NCBI GenBank assembly: GCA_002412865.1
Contig: DHVW01000007.1
Span: forward strand, 7,806-71,805
Direction of reading: 5' to 3'
Length of the DNA stretch: 64,000 nucleotides
Source of the DNA: Sulfurovum sp. UBA5198
GTDB lineage: Bacteria; Campylobacterota; Campylobacteria; Campylobacterales; Sulfurovaceae
Position numbers and translations under genes: made by a program. Positions within the stretch are counted from its first letter, which is position 1, and each line of letters begins with the position of its first letter. The notes under the pieces were generated by a model that was not told the origin of the DNA, searched no databases, and worked only from the letters and a program-made list of their open reading frames with translations. Below, in pieces: positions 31,781 through 40,617 of the stretch.

Positions 31781-31881
31781 TGAATATTTAAGACACTAAA
31801 GATTAAAATATATTGATATATTGTTTTTGAATAAAGGGTTAGATTTTGAAAGAAATGAAATTTGAAGTATAGAGATAAAAT

Positions 31882-31906
31882 GAGTCAGAACTATTTGTTC
31901 TGACTC
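31882..31906 (-). terminator. Rho-independent terminator of the cold-shock gene
   Basis: Minus strand: GAGTCAGAAC-AAATA-GTTCTGACTC followed by ATTTTATCT. A second hairpin (TAAGTAGA / TCTACTTA, 31907-31927) precedes it. Confidence 0.55.
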
Positions 31907-31937
31907 TAAGTAGAATGCATCTACTTATTTGGAAAAC

Positions 31938-32156
31938 TTACAGAATATTCACATTCTCAGCTTGAGGACCTTTTTCGCCTTGTCCAACATCAAAAGAAAC
32001 CTTTTGATTCTCAGCCAAATCTACACGACCATAACCACTGCTGTTTACATTACGGTAGTGTACGAATACATCTTTACTTCCGTCTTCTGGTTGGATAAAT
32101 CCAAAACCTTTTTCACTGTTAAACCATTTAACGGTTCCATTTTTTTGATTTGCCAT
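31938..32156 (-). CDS. cspA: cold-shock protein (CspA family)
   Basis: 72 aa from the internal ATG at 32156: [34 protein letters not shown] (RNP1/RNP2). The upstream part of the 118-aa ORF is a hydrophobic artefact. Confidence 0.9.
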   Translation of the reverse strand: MANQKNGTVKWFNSEKGFGFIQPEDGSKDVFVHYRNVNSSGYGRVDLAENQKVSFDVGQGEKGPQAENVNIL

Positions 32157-32257
32157 TGCAATTCCTTTAGTTATAAAATACACTTCATTGAAGTGACCGA
32201 AAATATAAAATAGAGAGTATTCTTTGAAGATTGATAGTACTACTAACGAAAGGTTAT

Positions 32258-32298
32258 AAATAAAAAACAAACCAAAGATGAAACTCAAAATCATCTTT
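32258..32298 (-). terminator. putative Rho-independent terminator downstream of the small membrane-protein gene
   Basis: Minus strand: AAAGATGA-loop-TCATCTTT followed by GGTTTGTTTTTTATTT. Confidence 0.5.
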
Positions 32299-32364
32299 CA
32301 ATAAGCAAAGTATACCTGAATTATTTCATAATAGCAAACAATAATGATAAACTTTGCTTTTAAG

Positions 32365-32511
32365 CTAAATACGGCGCCCCTGAATGACACGAATCAAGAC
32401 AATCACAATAGCGACAACCAATAATATATGAATTAATCCACCCATTGTATATGAGCTCACTAAACCTAAAATCCAAAGCACAACTAGAATGACTACAATA
32501 GTTTCAAGCAT
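32365..32511 (-). CDS. small membrane protein (lmo0937-like family), absent from the ORF track because it is under 60 aa
   Basis: 48 aa: MLETIVVILVVLWILGLVSSYTMGGLIHILLVVAIVIVLIRVIQGRRI. Strong RBS AAAGGAGAATAAA before the ATG. Two TM helices with a GG hinge and a basic tail. Confidence 0.7.
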   Translation of the reverse strand: MLETIVVILVVLWILGLVSSYTMGGLIHILLVVAIVIVLIRVIQGRRI

Positions 32512-32758
32512 TTTATTCTCCTTTTGCCATAATTTGGCATATTACAAATTAAGAATCAAACAATCACTTAACTTTTTATTGTACTCTTTTGAATCTTAAT
32601 GAATTATAAAACATAAGTTAATCAAATTATTTTAGTACAATAATCCATATAATAACAAAATTGGTCTTCTAAAAGTTGCATATTCTATTTGGAAGACCTT
32701 TTTCTAAAGAAAGATAAATCTTTTGGTATAATACCTTACATTAAATTCGGAGCTTCCA

Positions 32759-33619
32759 ATGAACATCTCTTTAGCACATTCGCCTGATGCGGATGATATT
32801 TTTATGTACTATGCCATTGCATTTGGCTGGGTAGATACGATGGATTATAATATCACAAATGAAGCATTAGATATAGAAACACTAAATATCGAGGCAATAA
32901 AAGGCACATATGATATCACTGCCATAAGCTTTGGAATGTATCCACAAATCAAAGACGAATATGCACTTCTAAGAACGGCTGTAAGTTTTGGCGAGGGATA
33001 TGGTCCAAAATTGGTGCGTAAAAAAACAACTAAATTAAAGCGAAATTTCAAAGTAGCCTTATCGGGAGCAAACACCACAAATGCAATGCTATTTCGTATT
33101 TTCTATCCTGATGCTAGAGTAGTTTATAAGAACTTTTTAGAAATTGAAGATGCTGTACTCAGTGGAGAAGTGGATGCAGGAGTATTGATACATGAGTCCA
33201 TACTAAATTATAATGAGAGTCTTGAAGTAGAAAAAGAACTTTGGGATATTTGGCTTGAGCTTAGCGGAGGAGGATTGCCATTGCCTTTAGGTGGTATGGC
33301 GTTGCGTCGTTCAATTCCTCTAAACCGTGCTATTGAAATAGAGCAAATACTTATAGAGGGTGTAAAAGTAGCGAATGAGCGAAAAGCGGAGCTTTCATCT
33401 AGACTAGAAAGTGAAAAACTAGTAAGAATTGATGGAGTCATGCTAGAGCGATACCTTGATATGTATGCATCGAGCGACTCTATTACGCTTAGTGATATTC
33501 AGCTACAAGCTCTTGATAAGCTTTTTGAAATTGGACATAAAAGTGGATATTATCATGAAGCAATTAGAGCAGAAAATTATCTAATTCCTACGCAATATGC
33601 TACGCTTCGGAATTCATAA
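32759..33619 (+). CDS. MqnA/MqnD-family menaquinone (futalosine pathway) biosynthesis protein, MqnD-like
   Basis: 286 aa. N-terminal SLAHSPDADDIFMYYAI resembles the MqnD SPCPND-type motif. Periplasmic-binding-protein-like fold family. Confidence 0.5.
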   Translation: MNISLAHSPDADDIFMYYAIAFGWVDTMDYNITNEALDIETLNIEAIKGTYDITAISFGMYPQIKDEYALLRTAVSFGEGYGPKLVRKKTTKLKRNFKVALSGANTTNAMLFRIFYPDARVVYKNFLEIEDAVLSGEVDAGVLIHESILNYNESLEVEKELWDIWLELSGGGLPLPLGGMALRRSIPLNRAIEIEQILIEGVKVANERKAELSSRLESEKLVRIDGVMLERYLDMYASSDSITLSDIQLQALDKLFEIGHKSGYYHEAIRAENYLIPTQYATLRNS

Positions 33620-34395
33620 TGTATTTTAAAATTATAGATTTTAGCAAGTTTACAAGTATAAAAATCGGACAAGAAGAAGAGGTATTAATAATCGAAAAAG
33701 GCGATGAGATACCAAATGATAGACACTTAATAGGGCATGGAAATAATCTGCTCATCTCCAGAAATCCACCACCTCTCATGATGCTAGGAAAAGATTTTGA
33801 TTATATTACACTTGATGATAATATACTAACAATTGGTGCAGCTACTCCAACTGGCAAGATTTTATCTTTTACAAAAAAGCATAATATTGCTGGCTTTGAG
33901 TTTGTATCAAAGTTGCCTGGAAGCATGGGTGGAATGCTAGCCATGAATGCGGGGGTAAAAGAGTATGAGATATTTAATATACTAGATAGTGTAAACATAA
34001 ATGGTGCCTGGTACGATAAAAACGATATAGAGCATGGATATAGATTTGCAAAACTTGGTGGAGTTGCAACCGAAGCTAGATTTATAATTCAAAAAGGATT
34101 TAATACTGAGCTACTAAACTCACTAGTTTCGCTCCGCTCAAATCAGCCATCACAGCCTAGTGCTGGTTCACTATTTAAAAACCCGTCAAATGACCATGCA
34201 GGCAGACTAATTGAAGCCGTAGGGCTAAAAGGAAAACAAATTGGTGGCATGGGATGGAGTGAGGTTCATGCAAATTTTTTGGTTAACTTTGGTGATGGCA
34301 CATTTGATGAGGCGATGGAGCTAATAAAACTCGCTAAACAAAGAGTAAAGCAAGAGTTTGGAATAGAGCTAAAATTAGAAGTTGAGATAGTTTAA
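33619..34395 (+). CDS. murB: UDP-N-acetylenolpyruvoylglucosamine reductase (short epsilonproteobacterial type)
   Basis: 258 aa. PSAGSLFKNP, DHAGRLIEAVGLKG, SEVHANFLVN. Confidence 0.88.
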   Translation: MYFKIIDFSKFTSIKIGQEEEVLIIEKGDEIPNDRHLIGHGNNLLISRNPPPLMMLGKDFDYITLDDNILTIGAATPTGKILSFTKKHNIAGFEFVSKLPGSMGGMLAMNAGVKEYEIFNILDSVNINGAWYDKNDIEHGYRFAKLGGVATEARFIIQKGFNTELLNSLVSLRSNQPSQPSAGSLFKNPSNDHAGRLIEAVGLKGKQIGGMGWSEVHANFLVNFGDGTFDEAMELIKLAKQRVKQEFGIELKLEVEIV

Positions 34396-34914
34396 CTATT
34401 TCTTAGTAGCGGTATCAGCGTTACATCTAACACATCTAATATAGTTAGATTGAATAGGCTGTCTAGCATATCTATGTCCGTCAACTGTATACACTACAAA
34501 ATATCTTCCTGCAGTTGCTGGAGTTGAAGTCCAAAAATCTGCACCACGATTATCAACAAAAACTCTCTGCTTTTTACTAACATTCATCATTTCATCAGAT
34601 GATGGCAGTCTCCAGTCAGAATAACCATTATAAACTAAAGTTTGGCAATAATTAACGGCATATGATTGATTTCCAGCTTTGCAATTAGAATCTTCAGTCA
34701 CATAGGCAGCATCATCTGCATCTCTATACGACGCATCTTGCCACATTAGCTCATTATCAAGCTCTAAATATACTCCATTTTTGTAACAACCATCTTTTGC
34801 TGTGCAGTCTGATGAAATATTATTCGTATATGGCTCAATATCCATCAATCCACCAGCGTTCGCAGGTATAATAAAAACGCAAAGTGCTAAAACAAGAGTA
34901 ATAATTTTATTCAT
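34396..34914 (-). CDS. secreted DUF1566 (Lcl C-terminal domain)-like protein
   Basis: 172 aa. Signal peptide. The YSDWRLPSSDEMMNV motif is typical of DUF1566. Confidence 0.55.
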   Translation of the reverse strand: MNKIITLVLALCVFIIPANAGGLMDIEPYTNNISSDCTAKDGCYKNGVYLELDNELMWQDASYRDADDAAYVTEDSNCKAGNQSYAVNYCQTLVYNGYSDWRLPSSDEMMNVSKKQRVFVDNRGADFWTSTPATAGRYFVVYTVDGHRYARQPIQSNYIRCVRCNADTATKK

Positions 34915-34955
34915 AAATAATCCTTTAATAAATTATACATTAAATTAACTTAACA

Positions 34956-35552
34956 CTATGGGTGTATTTCAACAATTGCACCCAAAGCTATTGCCTCCCA
35001 AAGAAATTTCATACCTGCATTTGGAACTGCTACACACCCCTCGGTCCAGTCATGTTTAAGTGTATATGCATCGCCAATACCGTTAGCATTCCACTTTGGC
35101 TGACCATGAATTGTTATAAGGTTCCCAGGATTTTTACCAATCGCTTTGCATCTAGCAATGTCAGCAGAATTTGGATATGATATAAGCAAATTTCTATACA
35201 ATCTATCATCACATTTTTTTCTAACTATCTTATAGGTACCTTCTGGTGTGCGATAGTCTCCTATCTCCATTTTGGTTCCCTTGTTCCAATTTTTACCTAG
35301 AGATATTGGAAATTCATTAACAACCTTGCCACTTTTGTAAGCTAAGAGTTTCTTTTGTGATTTATTAACAACTATTTTATCAATCTTGTCCATTTTAATA
35401 TCTTTTCCACTTCCAAGCTCATTGAGACACTCTTTGATTTCGTATGGAGTTTTATCCATACGCCCAAATGATGGCTCTGCAAGTTTCTTTTGCGTACACC
35501 CAGTCATTATAAATATACCAGCAGTAATTATTATTAAAAATTTTGCTTTCAT
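34956..35552 (-). CDS. L,D-transpeptidase (YkuD-fold) lipoprotein
   Basis: 198 aa. Lipobox IMTGC. Catalytic ITIHGQP...HDWTEGCVAV. Confidence 0.75.
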   Translation of the reverse strand: MKAKFLIIITAGIFIMTGCTQKKLAEPSFGRMDKTPYEIKECLNELGSGKDIKMDKIDKIVVNKSQKKLLAYKSGKVVNEFPISLGKNWNKGTKMEIGDYRTPEGTYKIVRKKCDDRLYRNLLISYPNSADIARCKAIGKNPGNLITIHGQPKWNANGIGDAYTLKHDWTEGCVAVPNAGMKFLWEAIALGAIVEIHP

Positions 35553-35563
35553 ATTTGTCCTTT

Positions 35564-35941
35564 TTATGCATTATCAAGATCCATAGGGCTTATTCTATGC
35601 TTCTCTTTTTTATAGTTCTGTTTATTCTTTAGTTTTTGTAGACGATTGAGATTACTCATCTCAAAATCTCGTATCTCGTCTAATGCTATCGTGTGATTAT
35701 TAAATCTATTATGAATATCTAAAATATACTCTTTTAACTTTTGATGATACTCTCCATCAAGCCTTATCTGCTCTTTTTCAAGTAGTTTTTTTACCATTGG
35801 ATTAAAGACAGAATTAAATTTCTCCAAATCAATATTTCTATTGCGAAACATTTTAAATAAATTTTTTGAGATTTTCTCCATCTCTCCAATATATTTTTGT
35901 CTAGTAAATTTATCTATCTGTTTTTGTGTATATTTTGCCAT
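35564..35941 (-). CDS. hypothetical basic helical protein
   Basis: 125-aa ORF with sensible spacing to neighbours. No motif recognised. Confidence 0.4.
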   Translation of the reverse strand: MAKYTQKQIDKFTRQKYIGEMEKISKNLFKMFRNRNIDLEKFNSVFNPMVKKLLEKEQIRLDGEYHQKLKEYILDIHNRFNNHTIALDEIRDFEMSNLNRLQKLKNKQNYKKEKHRISPMDLDNA

Positions 35942-36068
35942 TCAAGACCTAGTAGTCATCTTGTCTATTGCTAGACTGCAAATGAATTATACTAAAAATA
36001 TTAGGAAAAATCATTAATAATTAATTTATTTTTGGTTAATAGGAGTGATAATTCTAGGAGATTAAAAA

Positions 36069-36204
36069 GTGCAAAGCACTTTGAGCCGACCGCTGAGGTC
36101 GATTAACGAAGCGAAGCTTTGCTTTGCTAGCTAGATAAATGAAGGTGCAAAGCACTTTGAGCCGACCGCTGAGGTCGATTAACGAAGCGAAGCTTTGCTT
36201 TGCT
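36069..36204. repeat. two tandem copies of a 60-nt GC-richer structured element (36069-36128, 36145-36204; period 76 nt)
   Basis: GTGCAAAGCACTTTGAGCCGACCGCTGAGGTCGATTAACGAAGCGAAGCTTTGCTTTGCT occurs twice, exactly. It has internal hairpins (CGACC-GCTGA-GGTCG; GTGC-AAA-GCAC). The second copy forms AACGAAGC...GCTTCGTT abutting the tpx stop. Confidence 0.85.
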
Positions 36205-36207
36205 TCG

Positions 36208-36723
36208 TTAAATAGCTTGTCTAGCAGCAGCAAGTGCTTCTGCATAATCAGGCTCGGAAGTGATTTCTGGCACTACTTGTTTATAAGTAACTTTACCATC
36301 TTTGCCAATTACAAATATAACTCTAGCAGTGATACCAGCTAGAGGTCCATCAGCCAAAAGCACACCATAAGCATTAGCGAAATCTTTATTTCTAAAGTCT
36401 GAACATACTTTTAGGTTTTCGATGCCAGCAGCACCACACCATCTAGCAGCAGCAAATGGTAAATCCATAGAAACAGTGATAACTTCTACACCTTCTAGTG
36501 AAGCAGCTTCTGTATTAAATCTTCTAGTTTCAGCGTCACATACACCAGTGTCTAATGAAGGTACTGCAATTACTAGTTGAACCTTACCTTCTCCACCAAT
36601 AGTCTCGTTTTGGAGCATTGGGTTACAGTTTACTACTGTTACTACTGGAGCTGTGTCACCTACATTGATTTCAGTACCTGCTAGGTTACATACTGTGTCG
36701 TTTTTAAATGTTACTGTTGCCAT
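36208..36723 (-). CDS. tpx: thiol peroxidase (atypical 2-Cys peroxiredoxin Tpx)
   Basis: 171 aa. Peroxidatic Cys in PSLDTGVC and resolving Cys in ARWCG. Confidence 0.9.
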   Translation of the reverse strand: MATVTFKNDTVCNLAGTEINVGDTAPVVTVVNCNPMLQNETIGGEGKVQLVIAVPSLDTGVCDAETRRFNTEAASLEGVEVITVSMDLPFAAARWCGAAGIENLKVCSDFRNKDFANAYGVLLADGPLAGITARVIFVIGKDGKVTYKQVVPEITSEPDYAEALAAARQAI

Positions 36724-36829
36724 TTTAATTCCTTTTTTATTTATATTTTTTATTTACAAAACAATTATGACCTAATTAAGATAAAATTACTCTTAAATTA
36801 AATTTATATCCAATTTGAACATAGTCATG

Positions 36830-37231
36830 TTACTTTTTTACCAGTAGACCAACTTTAAATATTCTATTTGCTATTCTTTCTATCGAACCATTAACATCAC
36901 TTACAAAATCACTTTGTGACTTATAAATTATATCTTTATTTTTATATATTTCTACTCTACTATATCCACTGAAACCTAATCCTGTTGTTTTTGATTCAAT
37001 TGCAGTACATTTTGCAACCTTATAGATATTTAAACGCAAGGAATATTTACAATTTTTGGAGGAATATGGAGCAAATAAATTATTTAACTTTTTATTCTCT
37101 TCACCATTTATAGCATCAATATTAAGGCATTTTAATGGTAGTAGATTTTGATTATATACTTTGTCATATACAGGTTTATTTTCAGCACAACCACTAAGCA
37201 ACAAGAGTGCCATAAGTGCGACTCTATACAA
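36830..37231 (-). CDS. hypothetical lipoprotein
   Basis: 133 aa. Lipobox LLLSGC. Confidence 0.5.
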   Translation of the reverse strand: MYRVALMALLLLSGCAENKPVYDKVYNQNLLPLKCLNIDAINGEENKKLNNLFAPYSSKNCKYSLRLNIYKVAKCTAIESKTTGLGFSGYSRVEIYKNKDIIYKSQSDFVSDVNGSIERIANRIFKVGLLVKK

Positions 37232-37613
37232 GCAACTCTTTTGTCCAGCTCATCATAGTCTCCTGTGCTTGTGGATTTGGTGCCTCCATAAAGCTAATTA
37301 TAAAACTATCCCCTGTGTCGGCTACACCGATTGAACGAGGTCTTATGCTCATTACTTGAGGCTTTGGTAGCTCCTTGCCAAAACAAAATATTATATTTTT
37401 TGCAGCTAATATATTAGGACTCAACATACCATCACTAAGTGATTTTGTGTGTGCGTAATGATCAAATATGGCTATAAAAGCTACAACTGGATGTATGTCA
37501 ATTTTATCTTTAAAATATTCAATTATATCATCCACACTTTGATATTTTATCTCATTTTTTGCTATTTCTAGCTCTACTATTGGATATTTTTCCATTAGTG
37601 TTGTTTGCTTCAT
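37224..37613 (-). CDS. hypothetical conserved cytoplasmic protein
   Basis: 129-aa ORF. Overlaps the downstream lipoprotein gene by 8 nt. No motif recognised. Confidence 0.45.
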   Translation of the reverse strand: MKQTTLMEKYPIVELEIAKNEIKYQSVDDIIEYFKDKIDIHPVVAFIAIFDHYAHTKSLSDGMLSPNILAAKNIIFCFGKELPKPQVMSIRPRSIGVADTGDSFIISFMEAPNPQAQETMMSWTKELLV

Positions 37614-37633
37614 TCTTCTTTCCTTTTTTATTA

Positions 37634-37739
37634 TTTACTCTCAAATTTTAGCAAAGCAAAAATTAGGTCTTCAGCAGACTGCTCACGCAACTTGTTGCTT
37701 TTTGCATTTTACTCTCAAATTTTAGCAAAGCAAAAATTA
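37634..37739. repeat. 32-nt direct repeat (37634-37665 and 37708-37739)
   Basis: TTTACTCTCAAATTTTAGCAAAGCAAAAATTA occurs twice, exactly. The second copy contains the stop codon of the SQR-like gene. GCAAC-TT-GTTGC and AGCAG-A-CTGCT hairpins lie in between. Confidence 0.85.
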
Positions 37740-38897
37740 CATACCTGGTATTCGTGGAATATTTCCTAATTTTGATTGTTTGCAGTACCAACCCCAGCCT
37801 TTTTTCATCCAGTGTCCAATTATTGGTAATGGTATCATTTTTGCACTTGTATTGCTTCTATATACAAATGCTGCTCCATTACCAATATCCATCATACACA
37901 AAATATTTAGGTGTTCTATATAGCTTTTTTTGTCACTTGGATTTGTGATATTGTGAGCTACATTTTTTGCCATCACTTCAGCTACATGACCCTGTTTTGC
38001 CTTCCAATCATTATCCCCTAAGAGCTTAGCACTGTCTCCAATTGCGTATATGCCTGTCATGCCATCTACTTCATTGTACTCATTTGTCACAACAAAACCA
38101 GTATCACATAAAGGCAAATCAGAAGCTGCCAAAATATCGTGACCAGTTCCAGCAGCTATAAACATAGTTAAGTCACTTGCTAGTTTAGTGCCATCTTCAA
38201 ACGCAACACCATCACTCTCAAAGCTTACTATTTTAGAGCCTACTTTTTTGTTTATATTGCACGATTTAAACATTTTATCCATCATCGCAAGGGCTTTTTG
38301 ACCCATTTTCTCGCCAGGTTTTTCCATTGGAGCAAAAAATGTTATTTCAAATTTATCTCTAATTTTTTGTTTTTTTAGATAATTATGGACATTGAATAGC
38401 ACTTCAAAAGCCGGACCTCCTCTGACTGCTGATTTGTCTTGTGGGTTTCCGCCAAATCCAAATGCAAGTTGTCCACCACCTCTAGCTATAAGTGCTTGCA
38501 GTCTAGTATAAATCTCATCAGCTTCTTCTGGTTTTCCACAAATCGATAGAGTATTTTCAATACCTTTTGGTTTTAATTTCCCCTGCCCAAGTGCTATTAC
38601 GATATTATCATGCCCTTCAAGTACGGCTCCGCTCTTTAGAGTTATTTTTTTTGCTTTAGACTCAACTTTTGTGACCTCATCAATTATTAAATCAAAACCA
38701 TGTTTTGCACTCAAGTCTTTTAGAGGAATGCTCACATCACTCCTGCTAACCTCACCAGTTGGAATCCAAATAGAAGTAGGATATATATAGAAATAATCTC
38801 TATCGCTAACAAGCGTAACCTTATGGTCATTGTTTCGTAAATATATAGCTACTTCAATTCCTGCGAAACCACCACCTAATACTAATATCTTTGCCAT
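37737..38897 (-). CDS. FAD-dependent pyridine nucleotide-disulfide oxidoreductase, sulfide:quinone oxidoreductase-like
   Basis: 386 aa. N-terminal Rossmann ILVLGGGFAGIE, a second dinucleotide site, and AIGDSA near the C-terminus. Confidence 0.6.
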   Translation of the reverse strand: MAKILVLGGGFAGIEVAIYLRNNDHKVTLVSDRDYFYIYPTSIWIPTGEVSRSDVSIPLKDLSAKHGFDLIIDEVTKVESKAKKITLKSGAVLEGHDNIVIALGQGKLKPKGIENTLSICGKPEEADEIYTRLQALIARGGGQLAFGFGGNPQDKSAVRGGPAFEVLFNVHNYLKKQKIRDKFEITFFAPMEKPGEKMGQKALAMMDKMFKSCNINKKVGSKIVSFESDGVAFEDGTKLASDLTMFIAAGTGHDILAASDLPLCDTGFVVTNEYNEVDGMTGIYAIGDSAKLLGDNDWKAKQGHVAEVMAKNVAHNITNPSDKKSYIEHLNILCMMDIGNGAAFVYRSNTSAKMIPLPIIGHWMKKGWGWYCKQSKLGNIPRIPGM

Positions 38898-38919
38898 AAA
38901 TGCTCCCTATTTTGGCTTA

Positions 38920-38951
38920 GATTATAATAGTTATAAGCTTAAACTATACTT
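38920..38951 (-). promoter_or_regulatory. conserved 32-nt promoter box upstream of the SQR-like gene (contains TATAAT on the minus strand)
   Basis: GATTATAATAGTTATAAGCTTAAACTATACTT matches 40508-40539 at 29 of 32 positions. Lies 22 nt upstream of the ATG. Confidence 0.55.
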
Positions 38952-39030
38952 TGTTTCTTATTACGCATGTAAAGTATATCTTTATTCAACAAAAACAGTC
39001 CATAATTGGTTCTGTTTTATATGTTTTGAT

Positions 39031-40470
39031 TTATTGTTTAAGTGATGTAGCTGAAGGGTATACAAATACTGTCTCTTCGGTTGTTGTGATTTTGGATTTA
39101 TCGTCAACTGCAAATGCTTTTATAACCACAGGTATTGGTGTATCCTTATTTGCATCTTTGCTCAGTATCTCTTTAGTTTCTAGCACAACTACTGTTTTTT
39201 TCTTCGCTCCAGCACTCATATGGAATGGCTCAGTTGGTCTTGTGATTTTGATATTTTTATTTCCAACTATTTCAATATAAAAATCATGTGCTTTTGCATC
39301 TGTATTTGTAATAAGCATCAAATAATCATTTTCAACTGTTTTGCCATCTTCTAATATTTTGTATGGTCTTGTAGTTTTATCAATATTAAGCAACATCGTC
39401 TCTTTTTTACTACCCATCACAAGCAATGTAATTAATACTAGAGTTAGTGCTACAAAATACATAATTGTTTTGCTTCTCCAGTAGTCAGTTTTTCCCTCTT
39501 GTGCTATAGTCTCTTTCTCGCTTGACCATCTAACAAGACTTGGCTTACCTAATGCCCCCATTACCTTCGTACAAGCATCAACACATTCAAGACAATTAAT
39601 ACACTCAAGCTGAAGACCTTTTCTGATATCAATATGAGTAGGACAAACAGTCACACAGCTCTCACAAGTAGTACACTCAGCAGAAGGCGTAGTTACAAGC
39701 AAATCTTTTTGTTTTGTGAACTGTTTTGCTCTATCATTGCCATGCCCACTATATATATCTCCTCCTCTATGTGGATCATATATTGCCATAATAGTATCTT
39801 TATCATACAACACCGATTGAACACGGCTATACGGACATATATATACGCAGAAATCCTCTTTGATAAATATAACATCGACAATCAAGAATAATGCCAAGCC
39901 AACAATAAAACCTATAAGCACCATATGCTCTCTAGGATTTGCAAGATACGCAAAGAAATCCTCAGGTGGTACGAAATACCACATAAAATTTGCAGCAACC
40001 AAAAGTGACAAAGACGACCAAATCAATATAGCCACAACTCTTTTGATTTGGTTCACTGCCAAGCTCATATCTGGGTCTTTTTGTTTATTTGAAATTCTCT
40101 TTCTCATACCAAGTATTTTTGTCTCTATCAAATCTCTATATATAACCCTAAAGATTGTTTGGGGACATAGCCAACCACACCATGCTCTACCGCCAATTGC
40201 TGTTAGTGCAAATATCCCTAAAAATAGCAACATAAGCAAAAATGGCATCAAATAAAGCTCTTGCATATCAAAAGCAATTCCTGCAAATTCAAGCTTCTTT
40301 TGATCAAAGTTCAATAAAAATATATGATTACCATTAATAGTAATCCATGGTAATACCAAACCAACTATTGTCACGGCAAGATATGCCCAATATCTCTTTA
40401 TGCTATATGGTATCCAACTTTTTAGATACTCTTTTCCTCTACTCGCAGGTTTTACTTCTACTGTTTCCAT
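39031..40470 (-). CDS. ccoG: cytochrome c oxidase (cbb3) accessory protein CcoG/FixG
   Basis: 479 aa. CGWLCPQT, CVYICP, CTTCESCVTVCP, CINCLECVDAC, and a C-terminal Ig-like domain. Confidence 0.85.
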   Translation of the reverse strand: METVEVKPASRGKEYLKSWIPYSIKRYWAYLAVTIVGLVLPWITINGNHIFLLNFDQKKLEFAGIAFDMQELYLMPFLLMLLFLGIFALTAIGGRAWCGWLCPQTIFRVIYRDLIETKILGMRKRISNKQKDPDMSLAVNQIKRVVAILIWSSLSLLVAANFMWYFVPPEDFFAYLANPREHMVLIGFIVGLALFLIVDVIFIKEDFCVYICPYSRVQSVLYDKDTIMAIYDPHRGGDIYSGHGNDRAKQFTKQKDLLVTTPSAECTTCESCVTVCPTHIDIRKGLQLECINCLECVDACTKVMGALGKPSLVRWSSEKETIAQEGKTDYWRSKTIMYFVALTLVLITLLVMGSKKETMLLNIDKTTRPYKILEDGKTVENDYLMLITNTDAKAHDFYIEIVGNKNIKITRPTEPFHMSAGAKKKTVVVLETKEILSKDANKDTPIPVVIKAFAVDDKSKITTTEETVFVYPSATSLKQ

Positions 40471-40507
40471 TGTTATTCCTTTAGTGTTAAGTGTATGTTA
40501 ATCTTTT

Positions 40508-40539
40508 GATTATAATTGTTATAAGCTTAAATAATACTT
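40508..40539 (-). promoter_or_regulatory. second copy of the conserved 32-nt promoter box, upstream of ccoG
   Basis: GATTATAATTGTTATAAGCTTAAATAATACTT, 37 nt upstream of the ccoG ATG. Confidence 0.55.
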
Positions 40540-40617
40540 GTGATTGTTATTATTTTTCTTTTTGTGCCATTTTTTTATGCTACAATTACAACATAAGCAT
40601 ATTATACAGGAGAAAAG

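Noticed and set aside
31938-32294. 118-aa version of the cold-shock ORF
   Set aside because: The first 46 codons are hydrophobic read-through of the 5' UTR. The Csp domain starts at the internal Met, giving the canonical ~70-aa protein.
36069-36204. Possible CRISPR array
   Set aside because: There are only two repeat copies with a 16-nt spacer, the repeat is 60 nt, and no cas genes occur in the window.
36054-36342. 63-aa and 67-aa ORFs on opposite strands across the tandem repeat
   Set aside because: Both are generated by the duplicated 60-nt element and the tpx 3' end. Their translations mirror each other (…SRPLRSINEAKLCFAS…), and no start context is present.
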